64,000 nt of DNA, from NCBI GenBank assembly GCA_964406795.1, contig CAYOTA010000001.1:77081-141080 (forward strand), read 5' to 3'. The notes under the pieces are model-generated. The model had not been told where the DNA came from. It saw nothing but the letters and a program-made list of their open reading frames with translations, and ran no database searches. Below are positions 9,680 to 19,885 of this stretch, piece after piece (position 1 is the stretch's first letter; the number at the start of each line of letters is the position of its first letter). Made by a program: the position numbers and the translations under genes. Source of the DNA: an uncultured Gammaproteobacteria bacterium. GTDB taxonomy: Bacteria; Patescibacteriota; Microgenomatia; Levybacterales; GWA1-39-11.

Positions 9680-11404
9680 ATGGCTGTACTTTTATTTTTT
9701 GCATTCTTATCCGGTCTCATAACAATTTTGGCGCCTTGCATTTGGCCATTACTCCCCATAGTACTTTCAACCTCAATTAAGGGAGGTAAAGCAAAATCAT
9801 TAGGAATAACACTTGGAGTACTTACTACTTTTGGGCTATTGACGCTTGGAATTTCATATTTAGTAAAAATATTTGGAATAGACCCTAATATTTTAAGGTA
9901 TACTTCGGTTGTAATTCTTATAGCATTAGGTGTTTCCATGATTTTTCCTTACCTCAATAGATTACTTGAAGGATTCGTTTCTCAGTTTGCTGGAAAGCTA
10001 GGACAAACAAAAAAGCCGCGTTCTGGATTTAGTGGAGGCTTTGCTACCGGCTCAGCCCTTGGCGTAGTGTGGACTCCTTGTGCGGGACCTATTTTTGCGG
10101 CCATAGCAACACTTTCAGTAACATCATCGGTAAATTTTGGAATTATACTTGTCACCATCGCCTATCTTATAGGGGTAGGAATTCCGTTATTTCTATTTTC
10201 ATATGGGGGACAAAAATTAGTTTCTGATACACGATTCCTTTCTAAATATACTGGACGCATCCAGCAAATTTTTGGTGTAGTACTTTTACTTACTGCGATT
10301 CTAATTGGGACTAATTATGACAAAGAACTACAGGTAAAAATTTTAAATGCTGTACCCTCATACACAAATTTTTTAATAAATTTTGAGAAATCATCTATTA
10401 TTACTAATGAACTCAATAAGTTAACTGGGAGAAAAGAATTAATACTAGATGACACTTCTCTTTTTAATACAAATACTATCGCTCCAGAGATAACTGGTAT
10501 CACAAATTGGATTAACACAAATGGAAAACCTATATCGCTTAAAGAATTAAAGGGCAAAGTTGTACTTATAGATTTTTGGACATATACATGTATCAACTGT
10601 ATACGTACACTTCCCTATTTAAACTCATGGTACGAGAAATATAATAAAGAAGATTTTGTACTTATAGGTGTGCATTCTCCGGAATTTGAATTCGAAAAGA
10701 AAACTAAAAACGTGAAAGATGCAGTGGAAAAATATAAGATAAAATATCCAGTAGCACAAGATAATAATTTTGGAACATGGAAGGCCTTTTCTAATCAGTA
10801 TTGGCCTTCAAAATATTTAATTGATACCAAGGGCGTAATCAGACGCATTCAGTTTGGCGAAGGAAAATATGAAGAGATGGAAAAAGCGATTCAACTTTTA
10901 CTAAAAGATTCTGGAAAGAATATAAATGAAAAAATTAAAGCTGCTCCAAAGCAGACAACACAATTGCCGTTATCTCCTGAAACATATTTAGGTTCTAAAA
11001 GAATGCTCTACTTAGTACCAAATGGAAAAGCTGACAACGGGATACAGGAATTTACCCTGCCTCAAAATATTACAAAAAACCGCTTCGGGTTTAATGGTGT
11101 ATGGAATATACTTGATGAATACTCGATATCTACAAAAGAAAGCTCGTTAACATATAAGTTTTCAGCAGGAAAGGTATATATAGTCATGCATCCTGCAAAC
11201 ACTCCTGGAACAGTTGAGGTTTATCTGGATGGGAAAATAATTGATAATTCAAAAGCCGGATCAGATGTAAAAAATGGGAGAGTTACAGTTAACACACCTG
11301 AAAGATACGAATTAGTGTCTCTGCCTAAAGCAGGAAATCACACTCTTAAACTTGTATACAAAACGGATGGGATTCAAAACTACGCATTCATCTTTGGAGA
11401 GTAA
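9680..11404 (+). CDS. CcdA/DsbD-like thiol:disulfide transporter fused to a thioredoxin-fold (TlpA/redoxin) domain, with an extra C-terminal domain
   Basis: TM region with the two conserved Cys (APCIWPL; WTPCAGPI); later KVVLIDFWTYTCINCIRTLPYLN CxxC thioredoxin motif. Confidence 0.65.
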   Translation: MAVLLFFAFLSGLITILAPCIWPLLPIVLSTSIKGGKAKSLGITLGVLTTFGLLTLGISYLVKIFGIDPNILRYTSVVILIALGVSMIFPYLNRLLEGFVSQFAGKLGQTKKPRSGFSGGFATGSALGVVWTPCAGPIFAAIATLSVTSSVNFGIILVTIAYLIGVGIPLFLFSYGGQKLVSDTRFLSKYTGRIQQIFGVVLLLTAILIGTNYDKELQVKILNAVPSYTNFLINFEKSSIITNELNKLTGRKELILDDTSLFNTNTIAPEITGITNWINTNGKPISLKELKGKVVLIDFWTYTCINCIRTLPYLNSWYEKYNKEDFVLIGVHSPEFEFEKKTKNVKDAVEKYKIKYPVAQDNNFGTWKAFSNQYWPSKYLIDTKGVIRRIQFGEGKYEEMEKAIQLLLKDSGKNINEKIKAAPKQTTQLPLSPETYLGSKRMLYLVPNGKADNGIQEFTLPQNITKNRFGFNGVWNILDEYSISTKESSLTYKFSAGKVYIVMHPANTPGTVEVYLDGKIIDNSKAGSDVKNGRVTVNTPERYELVSLPKAGNHTLKLVYKTDGIQNYAFIFGE

Positions 11405-11496
11405 ATAGGAGCATGGCATTTAGCCATATCGCGCTTTGCGTATCGTTAAAAAAGTATAACAATTTACAAAAACCGAATAATCGATTCTTACTTATC

Positions 11497-13896
11497 TTAC
11501 TCTGCTGGGGTTGGAGTTAAAGAAGTAATATTATGCTTGGATTTGTGCTCTCCTTTTACCTCAATAAATCCGGGAATAGGGGCAGTGAGTGCTTCTTTTA
11601 AGACTTCATCCATGTGAGATACAAACACAAACCTCAAATCTTTCATTACTTCTGGTGGTACATCTTCCAAGTCCTTCCTATTCTCCTTTGGAAGAATAAT
11701 CTTGCGAAGACCTGCCCTATGTGCTGCAATTACTTTTTCCTTAACACCACCAATTTCTAAAATTCTTCCTCTGAGTGTAACCTCCCCTGTCATACCTACC
11801 ATATGGTTTACGGAAATTTTGGTAAGTGCTGATACAAGTGCGGTTGTAATTGCGCCTCCTGCTGATGGGCCGTCTTTTGGGATTCCACCTTCAGGGACAT
11901 GAATATGAACATCAATTTTATGGAAAAAGTTTTCTCGAAGGCCCAACTTATCTGCCCGTGACCTAACATACGACATGGCAGCCTGCATAGACTCTTTCAT
12001 CACGTCTCCTAATTGTCCAGTTAATATAAGTGCGCCTTTTCCAGGCATAAGTGCAACTTCAATAAACAAAATATCTCCCCCAACTTGTGTCCATGCAAGT
12101 CCAGTACTCATACCTACTTCGTCCTGCTTTTCGGCAATCGTGTCAGAAAATCGTTCCGGTCCTAAGAATTTTACAGCCAATGGAACATCTACTTTAGTTA
12201 CTTCTTTTTTTCCTTCCGCCACAGTCTTTGCAACTTTTCTTAAAATAGAAGAAAGCTCACGCTCAAGGCTTCTTACTCCCGCCTCTCGAGTATAGCGTCT
12301 GATTACGTGTTTAATTGCCTCGTCTGAAAGTTCTATATGTGAATGCTTAAGACCATGCGATTCCATAAGTTTTTTAACCAAAAATTCTTTTGAAATTTTA
12401 AATTTTTCATGCTCCGTGTACCCTGAGAAAGTAATAATCTCAAGTCTGTCACGTAATGCTGCTGGAATTGTATCAAGCACATTTGCCGTAGTTATAAACA
12501 TTACGTCAGACAAATCAAAAGGAACATCTAGATAATGATCTGAGAATGCATTATTTTGTTCAGGATCAAGTGCCTCAAGAAGGGCCGCGGACGGATCTCC
12601 CCTGTAGTCAGCGCCTAACTTATCAATTTCATCAAGCATAAATACCGGATTTTTTGTACCTGCATCTTTAATCCCTTGGATAATACGTCCTGGAAGCGCT
12701 CCCACATATGTTCTTCTGTGACCTCTTATTTCAGCTTCATCCCTAATTCCACCAAGTGACACTTTCACGAATTTTCGGCCTAATGCTTTTGCAATTGACT
12801 TTCCTATAGAAGTTTTCCCAACACCCGGAGGCCCAGAGAAACAAAGAATAGGACCCTTCATCTTTCCTGACAATTTGTGTACAGCCAAGTATTCTACTAC
12901 ACGCTCTTTAGCTTTTTTAAGTCCATAATGTTCTTCTTCCAAAATTCTTTCAGCCTCCTTTAAATCAAGCGTAGTCTTACTTTTTTTATTCCATGGAAGC
13001 ACAACCAAAGCTTCCAGATAGTTTCTGATATATGCTGCTTCAGGATTATACGGAGTTGTTTGCTGAAGTTTTTTGAGCTCTTTGCGAGCCTTTTCTTCAA
13101 CCTCTTTTGGCATACCTGCAGTTTTAATTTTTTCAGACAGTTCTTTATATTCGCCGCCTTCATCCGTGTCATCCAATTCTTTTTGAATAGTCTTAAGTCG
13201 TTCACGTAAAATTGCCTCTTTAGCACTTTTTTCAAAGTTTTCCTGAGTTTTGTTGGATATCTTTTTCTCAAGTTCTAAAACTTTTACTTCACGGGCCAAA
13301 AATTCTGAAACTTTTTCAAGTCTCTTTTTAACATCTAAAGTCTCTAAGATTTCTTGTCTTTCAGAACCTTTAATGTCCAAAGTGGATGCAATTTGATCAG
13401 CTAATTCTGAGGCGGTAATTTGAGACATGATATTCATGAAAACTAAAAAGTCTGCCTGCTTTCCGAGTCCTAAAGCTTTTTTAAACTCTGCAATAAGATG
13501 GTTAGAAAGCGCTTTTACCTCTGCTATTTCTGTTGGGTTTTCTTCCAATTCTTCAATTTTTGCTAAAAAGTAATTTCCATGGTCTTCGTAAGACAAAATA
13601 CGTGCACGTGATAGACCTCTTACTAAAGCATTTAATTCACCGTCAGTTCTGATCATTCTTTCAATATGGGAAACAGTTCCCATGGTATATAAATCCTCAG
13701 GCTGAGGGTCATTTTGGCGTGGATTTTTTTGAAGCGCAAAACAGACAATTCTTTCTCCGGCAAAGGCGGATTCCAAGGCTGCCAGACTCTTGGGTCTACC
13801 AAAAGTTAGAATACTTTCTGTATGAGGGAAAACAATTCCGTCTCTAATGGGGATAACGGGTATCAATTTTTCTTTTGTAGCTATGATCTCTGTCAT
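11497..13896 (-). CDS. lon: ATP-dependent Lon protease (LonA)
   Basis: LON N-domain; Walker A GPPGVGKTS; protease active-site PKDGPSAG; length 799 aa. Confidence 0.95.
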   Translation of the reverse strand: MTEIIATKEKLIPVIPIRDGIVFPHTESILTFGRPKSLAALESAFAGERIVCFALQKNPRQNDPQPEDLYTMGTVSHIERMIRTDGELNALVRGLSRARILSYEDHGNYFLAKIEELEENPTEIAEVKALSNHLIAEFKKALGLGKQADFLVFMNIMSQITASELADQIASTLDIKGSERQEILETLDVKKRLEKVSEFLAREVKVLELEKKISNKTQENFEKSAKEAILRERLKTIQKELDDTDEGGEYKELSEKIKTAGMPKEVEEKARKELKKLQQTTPYNPEAAYIRNYLEALVVLPWNKKSKTTLDLKEAERILEEEHYGLKKAKERVVEYLAVHKLSGKMKGPILCFSGPPGVGKTSIGKSIAKALGRKFVKVSLGGIRDEAEIRGHRRTYVGALPGRIIQGIKDAGTKNPVFMLDEIDKLGADYRGDPSAALLEALDPEQNNAFSDHYLDVPFDLSDVMFITTANVLDTIPAALRDRLEIITFSGYTEHEKFKISKEFLVKKLMESHGLKHSHIELSDEAIKHVIRRYTREAGVRSLERELSSILRKVAKTVAEGKKEVTKVDVPLAVKFLGPERFSDTIAEKQDEVGMSTGLAWTQVGGDILFIEVALMPGKGALILTGQLGDVMKESMQAAMSYVRSRADKLGLRENFFHKIDVHIHVPEGGIPKDGPSAGGAITTALVSALTKISVNHMVGMTGEVTLRGRILEIGGVKEKVIAAHRAGLRKIILPKENRKDLEDVPPEVMKDLRFVFVSHMDEVLKEALTAPIPGFIEVKGEHKSKHNITSLTPTPAE

Positions 13897-13950
13897 GAAT
13901 TGTTAGCAGTTTATCAATTCTATTGCTAATTGTCAACCCCCCCGGAAATA

Positions 13951-14796
13951 CTAATATCCTAATTCTGAGATCAGTTTTCCACTGTTATCAAACAAATAAG
14001 CACGGTCAGAACTATTATTCCAAATGAAATTTTGTGGTTCAGGGCACTTCCAGTAATAACTCGTGCGGGAATTATTACCACATCCGGAGTGAAGTCTCAA
14101 GGTACCTTTTGCTGATATGCTTGCTACATTAAACTCAAACGAGTTACTCGCACTAGCATCTTTTATAAGGTAGCCGGAGATGTCCTGGGAAGTCACGCAT
14201 GTATTAATAAATTCTATCCATTCCTCATTCTTTGTCTTTCCTTCTTTATTAATTTTAGAAATTTGTACGCATGAAGATGCAGTAGGATTACACAGTCCGT
14301 CCCACATACCCTTACATTCATTCTTTGCTCTGTCCAGAGACGCAACAAGAGTATCTGCATATAGCACATTTGGGGGGACTGTATCTACCATAGCATACCC
14401 ACTTTCAATCATATTTTGGTTAATAAACTGATCACCTATAAATAGATATCCAAGAGTACGCCCATACATGTCTTTCTGTGATACATCCAGCTCAAGCCTT
14501 ACCTCTTTTTCTAAAATAAGCATTTCTAATGTGTCTTTCGCATCTTTAAAATATGGTTGACCTTTTTCCGGAGTATTAATCCCAATGAGCCTAATTTTTT
14601 CACCGTTTGACAACTCCACAGTGTCTCCATCCACAACTTTTAGCACCTTTAGCGTATCTGCAGAAGCAGTACTTTCTGTTTGAACGCCTTGTACTTTTTT
14701 ATATTCTGGAGCATATGGGGAATTGTTGAATACAAGACTCACAAGCATAACTATGGATAAAGCCAAAAGTGTGTAGATAGTACTCTTTGATCGCAT
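13951..14796 (-). CDS. Secreted thermonuclease (SNase-like) with a C-terminal Cys-rich domain
   Basis: Signal/TM; VVDGDTVEL...IRLIGINTPE...GRTLGYLF staphylococcal-nuclease fold motifs. Confidence 0.65.
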   Translation of the reverse strand: MRSKSTIYTLLALSIVMLVSLVFNNSPYAPEYKKVQGVQTESTASADTLKVLKVVDGDTVELSNGEKIRLIGINTPEKGQPYFKDAKDTLEMLILEKEVRLELDVSQKDMYGRTLGYLFIGDQFINQNMIESGYAMVDTVPPNVLYADTLVASLDRAKNECKGMWDGLCNPTASSCVQISKINKEGKTKNEEWIEFINTCVTSQDISGYLIKDASASNSFEFNVASISAKGTLRLHSGCGNNSRTSYYWKCPEPQNFIWNNSSDRAYLFDNSGKLISELGY

Positions 14797-14859
14797 CTTA
14801 CCAATATACTATATTTTGTATTTGCATTTCCATAAAAAACCTATGTACTATTATAGTAG

Positions 14860-15660
14860 ATGAGAAAGCCTATCCTTATCATATTGTTTGTTGTGCTTGC
14901 AGGATTTGTATTATTCGGAGTGGCGCAAGAAAAAGTATCAAATCCTGAAGAAAGCGCAGTGTTTAAGATGGCAGAATCAAGGCTTTCATCTGCCACATGG
15001 ACAAAACCAGTTGACACAACTGAACAGTCTCCAATTGGCACATTTCCCGGAAAAATCATGACCGGGACTCTTACAACCAGCAATGCAATACTGACCCATT
15101 TCGAAAATGTAAAGGAACTTTCAAGAATGGGATTTAAGGCTGATCAAAACCTTTCGGCAGATGGTCCAGGCTCTTCTCAGTGGGGATACAGCAAGGAATC
15201 AAATGGGGAAACTCAGATCATAATGTACTCATACAAAACATCTCCCACTTCTACTAACCCTGATGAACCCCTTCAATTTGACTGCCCATGTAACACATCT
15301 GTTTCTGTATTTTTAAGCGATTTACATAAAATTGAAGCAAACAATTCAGCCTCACTTGCAAATCCTGCATCCGTTAATTGTAAAACTGTAGGCGGCATAA
15401 CCATTATTAAAGACGGGCCGAATGGACAATATGGATTATGTGAGTTTGAGGACGATATGGCATGCGAAGAATGGGCGCTTTATAGAGGGGAGTGCCCGGT
15501 GGGCGGAGTTAAAACAACCGGTTATGACAATATACAGCAAATGTACTGCGCATGGGTAGGTGGAGAAACGTTAGCTGTTGCAAATCCTAATTGTAAACTC
15601 CCAGATGGAACCGTGTGCACCGTTGAGGCAGTCTATAACGGAACGTGTGAAGTTAACTAA
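14860..15660 (+). CDS. Secreted protein with two DUF333-like (putative hemolysin) Cys-rich modules
   Basis: Signal peptide; NPASVNC...GLCEFEDDMACEEWALYRGECP and NPNCKLPDGTVCTVEAVYNGTCE. Confidence 0.5.
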   Translation: MRKPILIILFVVLAGFVLFGVAQEKVSNPEESAVFKMAESRLSSATWTKPVDTTEQSPIGTFPGKIMTGTLTTSNAILTHFENVKELSRMGFKADQNLSADGPGSSQWGYSKESNGETQIIMYSYKTSPTSTNPDEPLQFDCPCNTSVSVFLSDLHKIEANNSASLANPASVNCKTVGGITIIKDGPNGQYGLCEFEDDMACEEWALYRGECPVGGVKTTGYDNIQQMYCAWVGGETLAVANPNCKLPDGTVCTVEAVYNGTCEVN

Positions 15661-15756
15661 GAACTACTAACCTATAACTACTCGCTAATAACTTTTTAAT
15701 TCTCAAGCTTATTGTTACTATTTTGTTATTTGAAATTAGATGTTAGAAGTTAGTTG

Positions 15757-17607
15757 TTAACTTGCGCCGCCTCCTCCACCTCCGCCACCTCCGCCACCTC
15801 CACCTGAGAAACCTCCACCAGAACCAGAAGAAAATGATGAATTAAATGAAGAACTCATGCCTGAAAAGCTTTGCGTAAGTGATGTACCAAAATCCAATCC
15901 TACACCAGACACAGAACTTGAAACACCACCGTGTGATGCGCTCATATAATACCAACCGGGAGTTGTAACTTTTTCCGAGGACAAAATAAGCGGCAAATAT
16001 TTTGCAACTTTATGTGCAACTCCTAAAGCTGTGCCATACACTAACATCTCCTCCCAGATAGTTACTGCCTGTGGCACTTCATTTTTAAATTTAGAAAAGT
16101 CGTTTAGAAAACGCTTAAAAGAAATCCATTCAAATGCTTCTTTCTCAACTGGCTTTGACCAATTAAGATACGCGCGGCTCACAAAAGCTAACACAAAAAT
16201 CCCAAAAAACACAGAAAACATAATAATAAAATAAAATGTTTCTAAAAAGATATTGAGTGAAAGCGCTAGTATAGACGAGAAAATAAGAATAAATATACTA
16301 TTACATACTATAAATCTCGTTCTCCAAGAATTACCAGAATCCTCCAAAAATTTCCTCTTTTTAACTTCATCTTCAATACTATTCTTAAATGATAAGAAAA
16401 ATTTACGAGTATGTGTTGGGTACGTTTTCATTTCGGCAAGTAACACATCCATGGAAATACTTTTTCGGGATCCTTTTGAGAAAATAAACTCCAGAACAGT
16501 TTTTTCAAAAGACAATAATGGTTTTTTAGAACTGTATGGCTTGTTATCTGCATGGAGTACATATTTATATTTTTTCCCAGCCCCTAATCCTAAGAAACCC
16601 TTGCTTATTTTCTCGATTGCTTCAATTTTTATATACTTCTTACGCGCTAAGTCTAAAACTGTCGCTGTAAATGCATTTGGAGTAATTGACGTTTTTTGTG
16701 TTACAAGCGCTTCAACTAACGCTGGGGGCAATTTACTGGGAGGATTGTGAACATATTTTGGAACATCAGAGCGTCTTTCACGTCCATATTTATACCAAAT
16801 CACATACCAGTAAATAATCCATCCCGCAAGAATAACGCCACCCATAATAAGAGCTCCAAGTCTTAATCTACCCTGCGAAACAGTTTTATCCTGAAACGCT
16901 TTTTCTTCTTTCTTTACATTTTCTAAATGAGGTTTATTATTTATAGGACCAGCAGAAATTATGGACGCCGGAAACAGCATTCGAATTTCAACAAACGTTT
17001 TTGGTGCTACGTCAGATACCACAAATTCCGCAGTTTTTCCGTTTAATATTTTTGAAGATCCGTTTAGAGGCCCGTGACCCCAAATGTATATATCTGAAAC
17101 TGAAACCACTTGAGGAAGTGTCACGAGTATTCGGGCTGAATCAGTCTTTGAGCCCCACGCATCCCCTATAACTTTCCAGTACAATTCTGCAACATCTGAA
17201 TATCGCGTTATGGCATTGGTCAGAGTATATGTAAGTATAAACTTTTTATCTTCATAAGCAGACGCGTGATACGCCTCAATGTGATATGAATTCCCCTGGC
17301 GCCTTACCCAGTACTTTTGAGCAGGTCGAGATGTGTCTTCATAGGGAATAAGTTCATAAGACACAGCCTCTTCTGATATGGATATAGTTTCAATTTGTTG
17401 ATTAGGCTTAACTGGAATATCCCAGTAAATTTGTGTAAACGCCCCATCAAATGAAAATGTCCGCTCCTCAGTAACAAGAATACTTGAATCTTTGTTTACT
17501 TGTATGTCTACATTTACTGATGGGAAGTAAAACGATTTAGCATTGACAGCAGAGGGCATGATAAAAAGGACGCATAAAAATACGAAGAGAGTTTTCAAAA
17601 CGTTCAT
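15757..17607 (-). CDS. DUF2207-family membrane protein with a Gly-rich C-terminal tail
   Basis: Signal peptide, large exo-domain, TM hairpins, terminal GSGGGFSGGGGGGGGGGGGGAS tail. Confidence 0.55.
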   Translation of the reverse strand: MNVLKTLFVFLCVLFIMPSAVNAKSFYFPSVNVDIQVNKDSSILVTEERTFSFDGAFTQIYWDIPVKPNQQIETISISEEAVSYELIPYEDTSRPAQKYWVRRQGNSYHIEAYHASAYEDKKFILTYTLTNAITRYSDVAELYWKVIGDAWGSKTDSARILVTLPQVVSVSDIYIWGHGPLNGSSKILNGKTAEFVVSDVAPKTFVEIRMLFPASIISAGPINNKPHLENVKKEEKAFQDKTVSQGRLRLGALIMGGVILAGWIIYWYVIWYKYGRERRSDVPKYVHNPPSKLPPALVEALVTQKTSITPNAFTATVLDLARKKYIKIEAIEKISKGFLGLGAGKKYKYVLHADNKPYSSKKPLLSFEKTVLEFIFSKGSRKSISMDVLLAEMKTYPTHTRKFFLSFKNSIEDEVKKRKFLEDSGNSWRTRFIVCNSIFILIFSSILALSLNIFLETFYFIIMFSVFFGIFVLAFVSRAYLNWSKPVEKEAFEWISFKRFLNDFSKFKNEVPQAVTIWEEMLVYGTALGVAHKVAKYLPLILSSEKVTTPGWYYMSASHGGVSSSVSGVGLDFGTSLTQSFSGMSSSFNSSFSSGSGGGFSGGGGGGGGGGGGGAS

Positions 17608-17641
17608 ACAGCTATTATACTACTACTGGTATAATTAACAC

Positions 17642-18178
17642 ATGATATATGTAGCGCTTTTACGGGGAATCAATGTAGGAGGTAACAATAAAGTTGAGAT
17701 GAAAAGACTTAAAAAAGTCTTTGAATCTTTAAAATTTTTTAATGTTAAAACGTATATTAATTCAGGTAATGTTATTTTTACAACTTCCGAAAAACACGCG
17801 AATCTTTCTTTAAAAATTGAAAATGCAATTGACATAGAATTCAAATTTCATGTTCATGTAATCCTCAAAAGCTTACCTGAAATTAAGAATATAGAAAGTG
17901 TTATTCCTAAAACTTGGACTAATATAGGAAACTCAAAAACGGATGTTTTATTTCTCTGGGATGAAATAAATAAAAAAGAAATATTAAATGATCTAAAAAT
18001 TAAACCAGAAATTGATCATGTAAAGTACGTAAATGGAGCAATAATATGGAATGTAGAGCGGAAAAATATCACAAGAAGCGAGCTGCTTAAAATAGTTGGG
18101 ACAGAGTTTTACAAAAAAGTTACGATAAGAAATGTAAATACTCTCCGGAAATTATTTGCCTTAATGAATGATTCCTAA
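17642..18178 (+). CDS. DUF1697 domain protein
   Basis: N-terminal YVALLRGINVGGNNKVEM signature. Confidence 0.65.
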   Translation: MIYVALLRGINVGGNNKVEMKRLKKVFESLKFFNVKTYINSGNVIFTTSEKHANLSLKIENAIDIEFKFHVHVILKSLPEIKNIESVIPKTWTNIGNSKTDVLFLWDEINKKEILNDLKIKPEIDHVKYVNGAIIWNVERKNITRSELLKIVGTEFYKKVTIRNVNTLRKLFALMNDS

Positions 18179-18184
18179 ACGTAG

Positions 18185-19429
18185 CTAATCCACGAAAGTA
18201 AGTGCGGTACCTGTTTTGCCGGCTCTTCCTGTGCGTCCAATTCTATGGACATAGTCATCATAGGTAGCAGGTTTATCAAAATTAATTACATGTGTTACGT
18301 CAGGTATATCCAGTCCACGGGATGCAACATCTGTTGCTAAAAGAATTTTGGCTTCATTGTTTTTAAACTGTGTAAGCGCTCTTTGTCTTTGTCCTTGTGT
18401 CTTATTTCCATGTATAACCACTGCTTTAAACCCCCTGGAAACTAATTCATTTCCAAGCTTTTGGACACCCCATTTGGTCCTTCCAAAAATTAGTACTTTT
18501 TCCATCTCTACTAAATTTAGTAAATCATGAAGCTTTTCTATCTTATCCTGCTTATCTTTTGCCTTTATAACATTTTGTTCAATATTTTCAGATGTATCCT
18601 GCGTTTTTACAGAAACAGTAACTGGGTTTTGAACAAATGCTTTTAAAATACTTTCTACTTTTCCTGAAACGGTTGCGGAAAAGAAAAGTGATTGACGTTG
18701 ACGTGGGAGACATGAAATAAAATATTCAATATCATTTATAAATCCTATATCAACCATCCTGTCAGCTTCATCCAGCACAACAGTTTGGAATTCTGAAAGT
18801 CGTAACCCACTTCCTCTTGATAAGTCCTTAATCCTCCCAGGCGTACCTATAAGAAAGTGAAATCCACGCTTTATTTCTTGTTTTTGTCTGTGCATACTTG
18901 CTCCACCTACAACTAGAACTGCATATATAGACATGCTTACCGTAAAGTCGCGAAGCTCTTGGTAGATTTGTACGGCTAACTCACGTGTTGGAGCTACAAT
19001 TAAAACTTTTTGGTTTTTGTCTTTCTCTACTTTTTGAATTAATGGAAGTAAAAAGGCCGCGGTTTTTCCTGTACCGGTATTAGCTATCCCTATTAAATCT
19101 CGCCCTTGAAGAATTGGCTCAATTGCCCCATCCTGAATAGGTGTTGGAGTTGTGTAGCCTTTATTTGCAACATTTCTCTGAATCGCAGGTGATAAATCAA
19201 AGTCAGAAAATTTGTGAATTGGTGTAAATGCTTCAGTTGCTTGAGTTACTTTTGCCTCTTTAACAAATTTATCTTGATTAATATTCTCACCAAAAGCAGG
19301 TCCGGGCTTTACCTGTGGCCTTCTAAAATTATTGTGGCTTCCATTTTGAGAACGTCTTCTAACGTTTATTCTACCCATATTGGGGACAAACTGAGGATAA
19401 AAATACAACCTTATGAGGAAATATGACAC
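18185..19429 (-). CDS. DEAD-box ATP-dependent RNA helicase
   Basis: Q motif; ANTGTGKTAAF (motif I); VLDEADRM (DEAD); SAT; HRIGRTGRAG (motif VI). Confidence 0.9.
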   Translation of the reverse strand: MSYFLIRLYFYPQFVPNMGRINVRRRSQNGSHNNFRRPQVKPGPAFGENINQDKFVKEAKVTQATEAFTPIHKFSDFDLSPAIQRNVANKGYTTPTPIQDGAIEPILQGRDLIGIANTGTGKTAAFLLPLIQKVEKDKNQKVLIVAPTRELAVQIYQELRDFTVSMSIYAVLVVGGASMHRQKQEIKRGFHFLIGTPGRIKDLSRGSGLRLSEFQTVVLDEADRMVDIGFINDIEYFISCLPRQRQSLFFSATVSGKVESILKAFVQNPVTVSVKTQDTSENIEQNVIKAKDKQDKIEKLHDLLNLVEMEKVLIFGRTKWGVQKLGNELVSRGFKAVVIHGNKTQGQRQRALTQFKNNEAKILLATDVASRGLDIPDVTHVINFDKPATYDDYVHRIGRTGRAGKTGTALTFVD

Positions 19430-19613
19430 CTAATCTGTCTAATTGTTAGTATACCACAAAATGTACACGTAATCAATAACTATAGGATTTATGGTTGTAA
19501 AGCCTTCATAGATATTTTAGCCACAATCTAGTAAAATAGATATGCATTACCATTAAACCGCAAATTTTGGATTAAACACTCATCATTTGCGGGGTAATGC
19601 AATTGAATTACAT

Positions 19614-19687
19614 TGCCATGTCGTCTAATGGTAGGACACGTCCCTCTGGAGGACGGTATTGGGGTTCAAATCCCTGCATGGCAGCCA
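19614..19687 (+). tRNA. tRNA-Gln (anticodon CUG)
   Basis: Hand-folded cloverleaf: acceptor TGCCATG/CATGGCA (U1:A72 as in bacterial tRNA-Gln), U8, A14, GG in D-loop, anticodon loop CTCTGGA, TTCAAAT T-loop, discriminator G, encoded CCA. Confidence 0.8.
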
Positions 19688-19856
19688 AGACGGGCACCCT
19701 ATGGTGACCGTGGTCTCTAGAATAGCCCGAAGGGGCTTGCTAAACGCCCATTTTTAGAGACCCAAAATTCGAACCGCTAAACACCCTCAAAAAGCTGAAG
19801 TTTCAGGCTACGGTTCCAGCCTGTCCGTTGTTCCCGATTAGGATGGATTCGAACGG
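19682..19856. repeat. Left copy of a degenerate ~170-bp direct repeat (att-like), overlapping the last 6 nt of tRNA-Gln
   Basis: Shares CAGCMAAGACGGGCACCC-TA-GGTGACCGT, GAAGGGGCTTGCTAAAMGCCC, ATTCGRACCG..AAACACCC and ATTAGGAT(G)GATTCGAAC blocks at the same spacing with 46005..46176. Confidence 0.55.
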
Positions 19857-19885
19857 GGCACTGAGGATTCACCACAGTTTCAGAT

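Noticed and set aside
15757-15830. Short direct repeats (CCTCCACCTCCGCCA...) that could be mistaken for a CRISPR-like or other array
   Set aside because: They are in-frame Gly codons at a gene's 3' end, with no spacer structure.
19838-19880. GGATGGATTCGAACGGGG resembles the reverse complement of a tRNA T-arm (also at 46161..46176)
   Set aside because: No acceptor, D or anticodon arm can be folded around it on either strand. Treated as part of the att-like repeat (possibly an ancient tRNA 3' fragment), not a tRNA gene.
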